NCBI GenBank assembly: GCA_963693365.1
Contig: CAVNZM010000013.1
Location: 379,259 to 443,258, forward strand
Direction: 5' to 3'
Length of the DNA: 64,000 bases
Source of the DNA: Amoebidium appalachense
Taxonomy: Eukaryota > Protista > Ichthyosporea
The notes under the pieces are model-generated. The model ran no database searches. It saw only the letters and a program-made list of their open reading frames with translations, and was not told the DNA's origin. The translations under genes were made by a program, and so were the position numbers. Positions 58,824-64,000 of this stretch are shown piece by piece (within the stretch, counting starts at the first letter, position 1; every line of letters begins with the position of its first letter).

Positions 58824-60851
58824 GGAAACTTTTAATGTTGAGCTCCTCGTGTATCACCCATTGTGTTTCCTTCGTAGGTAGTAACAGAAGGACACATGCA
58901 TGCATGTGTGCACATGACAGTAATGCAGATCTGAGTGAATGGTTTCCACACTTGTTATAGTGCTGATAGAGCCCGCACATGCCTGCACACTGTCGAACGA
59001 TAATAGGAAAAGAATGTTCTGAGTGACTGTTAGAGTTACCAATCTGTAAATGTACTGGAAGTTTCCGAACCCAAAAATTATAGTGGTCATGTGCTCACAC
59101 CTACGTTGCAGGCTTTCTCCGTATCGGAGCGCTTGCACTTCTTCAAGTATACACGTCAACCGAGCGAGACAACATAGTAAAACGTTCAGGATTGCGTATA
59201 CACAGTAATAAATGGCTTATATTAAACCTCGTCGTCAAGACTAACGCATGTATATAACCCTCTCTCTCCCCCCCCCCCCCCCCCCCTCCCCCCCCCTCCC
59301 CCCCCCCCCCCCCCCCCCCCCCCAATCTTAACCCTTGCCACTGCCCCCCATTCCAACCTCAAATGAAATGTGCATGCGTATACGCACGGAGATATCCACC
59401 AGAGTAAAGCAGTGCGCCTTGCTATGGTTGATAATAATAATAATAATTGTATAATCGAAAATTCCGGTTTATTCCCAAGGGAGAGGGTCTTTGGGGAACT
59501 CCCCGCCGTCCACTTAGCACCAACTGTGCCCGGGTTAGGATGCTATAGGTGTGTCAGCTTGCTCAAACTTCGTGAGCTCCTTTGAGAATTACGTACACAC
59601 TTATCCCTAGGTTTTTGCCCTCACTATGGTGTCGCAGCGGCGCAAATTACCCATCACACTGCCCATGTGTGCTGCTGTGCACATGCAAGAACTTCTCACT
59701 CATGGTAGACCCTCTATTTGTGGTACTTTTGTGCACATATGCCATGAAGTTACATAGCAACATGCCAGAATCTTGTATGCAACCAAGCACCATATGCCTA
59801 TATATATGCATATCGTACATCATCGGCACCTCACCCGTATGACATGTCACGGTGACTTCGATGGCATTCATACAAGCATAGGGCACTGAGATGTGAATGC
59901 GCTGACCGACCCCCCCCCCCCCCCCCCCCCCCCCACCCCACCCCCCACCCTCTCCTCCCCCTACCCCCTTCGCCTTTTCCCCTCCTGATCCCCACACCAT
60001 CATTGCGACCCCCCCCCCCCCCCCTTCCCAACACACACGTGCATGCGCACTTTACTACATGACACCCAGCTCATACAGCATGGGGTGTTGAATCTGTGTC
60101 AAACTAGCTGTCCACACCAGCAATCTCATTCTTGATTCTCTGCAAGCTAGCACTGAGAGCTGCTGGGACCGCCAGTTTATGGCTCGTAAACCCATGTCAT
60201 TATGTGTCGTCTCTACTCACGTGCACATTTCAACCATTGTCTGTCTTATCGACAGCGCGCAGCCATTTTCCATCCATGCCACAGGGTTGCAAAAAGTAGC
60301 TTCGGGGATGGAGGTTCTGGTGAGCACTATCGATGGCAAGCGGAGAGGGGAAGCACTTGAAGACACGCCGTGTTCTGTCCACCTCGGGAAGACAAACGCG
60401 TCAAAGCCAACAAATTGGTTTTTCGTTCAAGAGATTCGTTTTTTTGTCTTCTCTTCACCTTTTCTTCTGTTGTCTGGGCTGCATGTTTATCTACAAAGGC
60501 CCGGCGCCGGCTTAGGCTGCAGCCGACTTTAGTGGAACATCGCGAGATTACCATATTGAGTTTTAGTCTATACCGTACATACCGCACAAAGCAGGCAATG
60601 AGTGTAGTGGATTACTTGTAACTACGTCATCATGGGTGAAGGCTGCGTGAACCTCGGGAGGCACTCAAGGCCTCAGAGGCAGCAAGAGCCCTCGAGTGCA
60701 CCAAAATTAAAACGTGACAAAACGTGGAAAGCATGATAATGGGGGAGCAAAAGGAAGTTATTAGCATCCGTTACTCTATACGTTCTTCGAAAGATCTCAG
60801 AGCACAATGATAGACGAAAGCGTGCAAGGCAGCGACGCACTGTCTATAATC

Positions 60852-61969
60852 ATGCGGAAGGCAAAGCTGTTTTTTCGCTGGTTTTTGCTTGGTGGTATTT
60901 TCTCGTGCTGTAGTGCACAAGCACACCATGGCCAGCGTCCCCACCGTGTTGTTGATGACAAGAAATTCGACTTGCAGGAAATTACTGTAATGCAGATCCA
61001 GGAACGTTTTGCGCAAGGGACTTTAACAAGTCGCCAGCTGGTCGAGTTCTACCTAGAGAGAATTGAAAGGCTCAATCATAAGGTGGGTAAGATATTGTCT
61101 CTCATGTGATCACTCTGTGATGATATAGTAATGCTGTGATGGTGCTACATGCTTTTGCTTGGTTTTTTTTAACACATTACCAAAAGCAAGCAAGCAAATA
61201 ACGCAAGATCATGCACATGCAACCACCTACTCACTCGCATCCGCATATTTCACATGCGCAAGCATTTGCTCACACATGCACAGCATGTACACATTGCCCG
61301 CTGGTGGTGTTCGTTGAAGTGCCTACACGTGTTTGCATACACGTCCCGAAACTTTTTTAACATAAATGCATGTTTAGGGCACAACAACACACCAAAGCGG
61401 GAATTTTTTTGGACTTACATGCCTTAGGAGCACACACTAAACATCACTGTTTCTTGCTATAGATCTTTTCACCCTGTTATCCTTCCCCCCTGTGCTCGTT
61501 CAGCGAGACCCATTGATGTCTACTCGGGATCCTATATTCACACACGCAAGATTCAGCCCATTCTTCCCTTTAAAATAACTTATGTGTTTCCTCCCCCCCC
61601 CCCCCCCCCCCCCCCCTCCCTCCCCCCCGCCCCCCCCCCCTTCCCCTGCCCACCGTCCCCATAAGCTGTTTATCGTCCTAATACTATCTCTGATCTGGAT
61701 CTTAAGTTCCCTCTCCCCCCCCCCCCCCCCCCCCCCCCGGTTTCGCCTTTCAAACTCCCGCACACCACTTCTCAGCCCCCCCCCCCCCCCCCCCCCCCAA
61801 AACCCCTCAATCCTCCCCCCGCCCCCTCCCCTGGCTTCCATTCACTCATGCCACACTTCCTCTTCTTCCCCACAATAGGCTCCCTTCTAATTTTGAGTCG
61901 CTCTTAGGGTTTTCCTATTTTTGATTGTTTGTCACCTGAAACTCCCCATGACTTGCCCCCCCCCGTCCC

Positions 61970-62013
<44 letters not shown>

Positions 62014-62483
62014 AAAAAACGAAAAGAAAAAAACGAAACCCCCCCCCCCCCCCCCTAATGATGAGCTCTGCTATTGATTCAACTTCTTTGTGTACTGTTC
62101 ACTTTTACAAAATCTAATTCCTACTCTGTAACAATCCCCCCCCCCAACCCCCCTCCCCCCTCCCCCCTTCCCCCAGGGACCCATGCTACACGCAGTCATC
62201 GAAACCAACCCCAATCCCATTGAGGACGCAATTAAAGCCGACAATCAGCGCATGGAAATTCTGCTAAGGAGGGGTTCAATAAGTAGTTTGGGGCCGTTGC
62301 ATGGGGTTCCTATACTCGTAAAAGATAGCATAGCCACTTTGGGCCCCATGCAGACTACGGCTGGGTCGAAGGCATTGGAGGGGTGTGTGGTGGAGGGGGA
62401 TGCTACGGTGGTGGCCCTGTTGAAAAAGGTGTGGGGGGGCATATTTGGCATATTTCCAATTTTGGCGTGGTGTTCTTTTCTTT

Positions 62484-62527
<44 letters not shown>

Positions 62528-63140
62528 TTCCGACCCCCCTCTTTTTTCCTAAAAAAAAAAAAGAGAGAAGGGTACTGGAGGGATGTGTGGTGGATGGGGA
62601 TGCTACGTTCACGGTGGTGGCCTTCTTGAAAAAGGTGTGGGGGCATATTTCCATTTTTGGCAGTTGTGTGGTGTAGTTCTATATCTGGTGTGAATTCTTT
62701 CCTCTGCTCGCACCCTCTTCCCCCCCCTTTCCCCCCCTCCCCCCCCCCCCCCCCCCCTTTTTTTTTCCCCTTTTATTTTCTTTTAGTACACTGGAGGGGT
62801 GTGTAGTGGAGGGGGATTCTACGGTGGTGGCCTTGTTGAGGAAGGTGTGTGGGCATATTTCCATATTTGGTGTGGAATCTTTTCCCCCTGTTTCCTCGTC
62901 TGTTTTTGGTGTGATGTGGGTTCTTTTCCTATGTCCCCCTCCCCTCCTCTATCAAATTGTCTTCTTATTTTTTCTTTTTCTTTCTGTTTTCTGTAAAGTC
63001 ACTGGAGGGGTGTGTGGTGAATGGGGATGCTACGGTGGTGGCCCTGTTGAGAAAGGTCTGGGGGCATTTTCCCTTTTTTGGTATGATGTGGATTCTTTTC
63101 CTCTGTTCCCCGCCCGTCTTTTTTCTCCCCTTTTCCTTTT

Positions 63141-63174
<34 letters not shown>

Positions 63175-63353
63175 GAGGGGGGGGGGGGGGGGGGGGTTTC
63201 CGGTAAGCGGGAAGGGCCGGAGTTCTGTCTTGAGTAAATTTTGATGTGTTATATCATGGTTGTTGTAGTAGTAGTTGTGAGTTATTGCTGGTATCTCTAC
63301 TTTTCCCGGAAAAACGAAGAACTTTGACCTCTCACACACATTTGCACTAACAG

Positions 63354-63429
<76 letters not shown>

Positions 63430-63854
63430 ACCCACCCACTCACCCACACACACTCACACCCACATCCACCCCCCCCCCCACCCAAACGCTCACCCCCCTT
63501 CCCTCCCCCCGCCCCCCACCCCTCCCTACACCCCCCCCCCCCCATTCCCATCCTCCCTCCCTCCCCCCCTCCCCCCTCCCTCCCCCCCCCCCCAACCCCT
63601 CCCAACCCCCCATCCCTATACACACACGCACACACGCACAAACACACACACAGGCCGGTGCAGTGATACTAGGCAAGAGTAACCTCTCGGAGTGGAGTTT
63701 TTTCCGTGGGCACCAGATAGGAAGTGGGTGGAGTGGGAGGGGGGTCAGGCCGTGTCCCCCTACAACCCAACCATAGACCCCAGTGGCTCCAGTACGGGGT
63801 CTGCGATTGCTGCATCGGCTAATTTGGCTGCTGTGACACTGGGAGGCGAAACCG
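60852..63854 (+). CDS. Amidase signature family enzyme with signal peptide, 5' part; continues beyond the window
   Basis: Exons 60852-61082, 62177-62428 and 63654-63854. Motifs: LTSRQLVEFYLERIERLN, GPLHGVPILVKDSI (catalytic Lys), TTAGS, DATVVALLKKAGAVILGKSNLSEW, PSGSSTGSA, LGGET. An alternative upstream ATG lies at 60807. Confidence 0.95.
62370..63110 (+). repeat. ~210-bp tandem array x4 containing the 3' ~57 nt of amidase exon 2 plus donor
   Basis: LEGCVV.GD.TVVA.L.K|GT at ~62375 (true exon), 62575, 62790 and 63001. Confidence 0.9.
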
Positions 63855-64000
63855 GTATGTTATATTTTATTTTTAAACGGGTATCATAATAATTTTTTAC
63901 CCTTTAAAATTCTTATTTTTATAAGCGGTGTCCCCCTACAACACAACCATAGACCCCAGTGGCTCCAGTACGGGGTGTGCAGTTGCTGCATCGGCAAATC

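Overview
Eukaryotic genomic DNA with GT-AG introns, probably a unicellular opisthokont-like protist (inference). Most ORF-track entries are artefacts of intronic poly-C/poly-G, (CA)/(GT) and (GA)/(TC) repeats. Splicing by hand gives these genes: the 3' end of UBE2C (+); an FG-repeat/coiled-coil protein of unknown family (-); an F-box/LRR protein (+); a CDF/SLC30 zinc transporter (-); a 13-exon secreted protein with signal peptide, WSC domain, two FG-GAP-like DYCR repeats, a probable aerolysin/ETX-MTX2-like domain and a Gly-rich tail (+); a membrane-anchored spermidine-synthase-like SAM-binding protein (-); an intronless orphan ORF (+); and the 5' part of a secreted amidase (+). Main highlights: (1) the candidate glycan-targeted pore-forming toxin; (2) 'exon-edge echoes', tandem copies of splice junctions plus adjacent exon sequence in six genes, some possibly exonised; (3) a ~90-140 bp intronic element embedded in C-runs, always in sense orientation and ending CATTCTAACCC(C)n; (4) introns built from C/G and CA/GT tracts with CACAG acceptors lacking U-rich tracts. 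Also present are a TTAA-flanked MITE, mini-hairpins and a shared CCAAT promoter module. Gene models are manual and lack RNA support.
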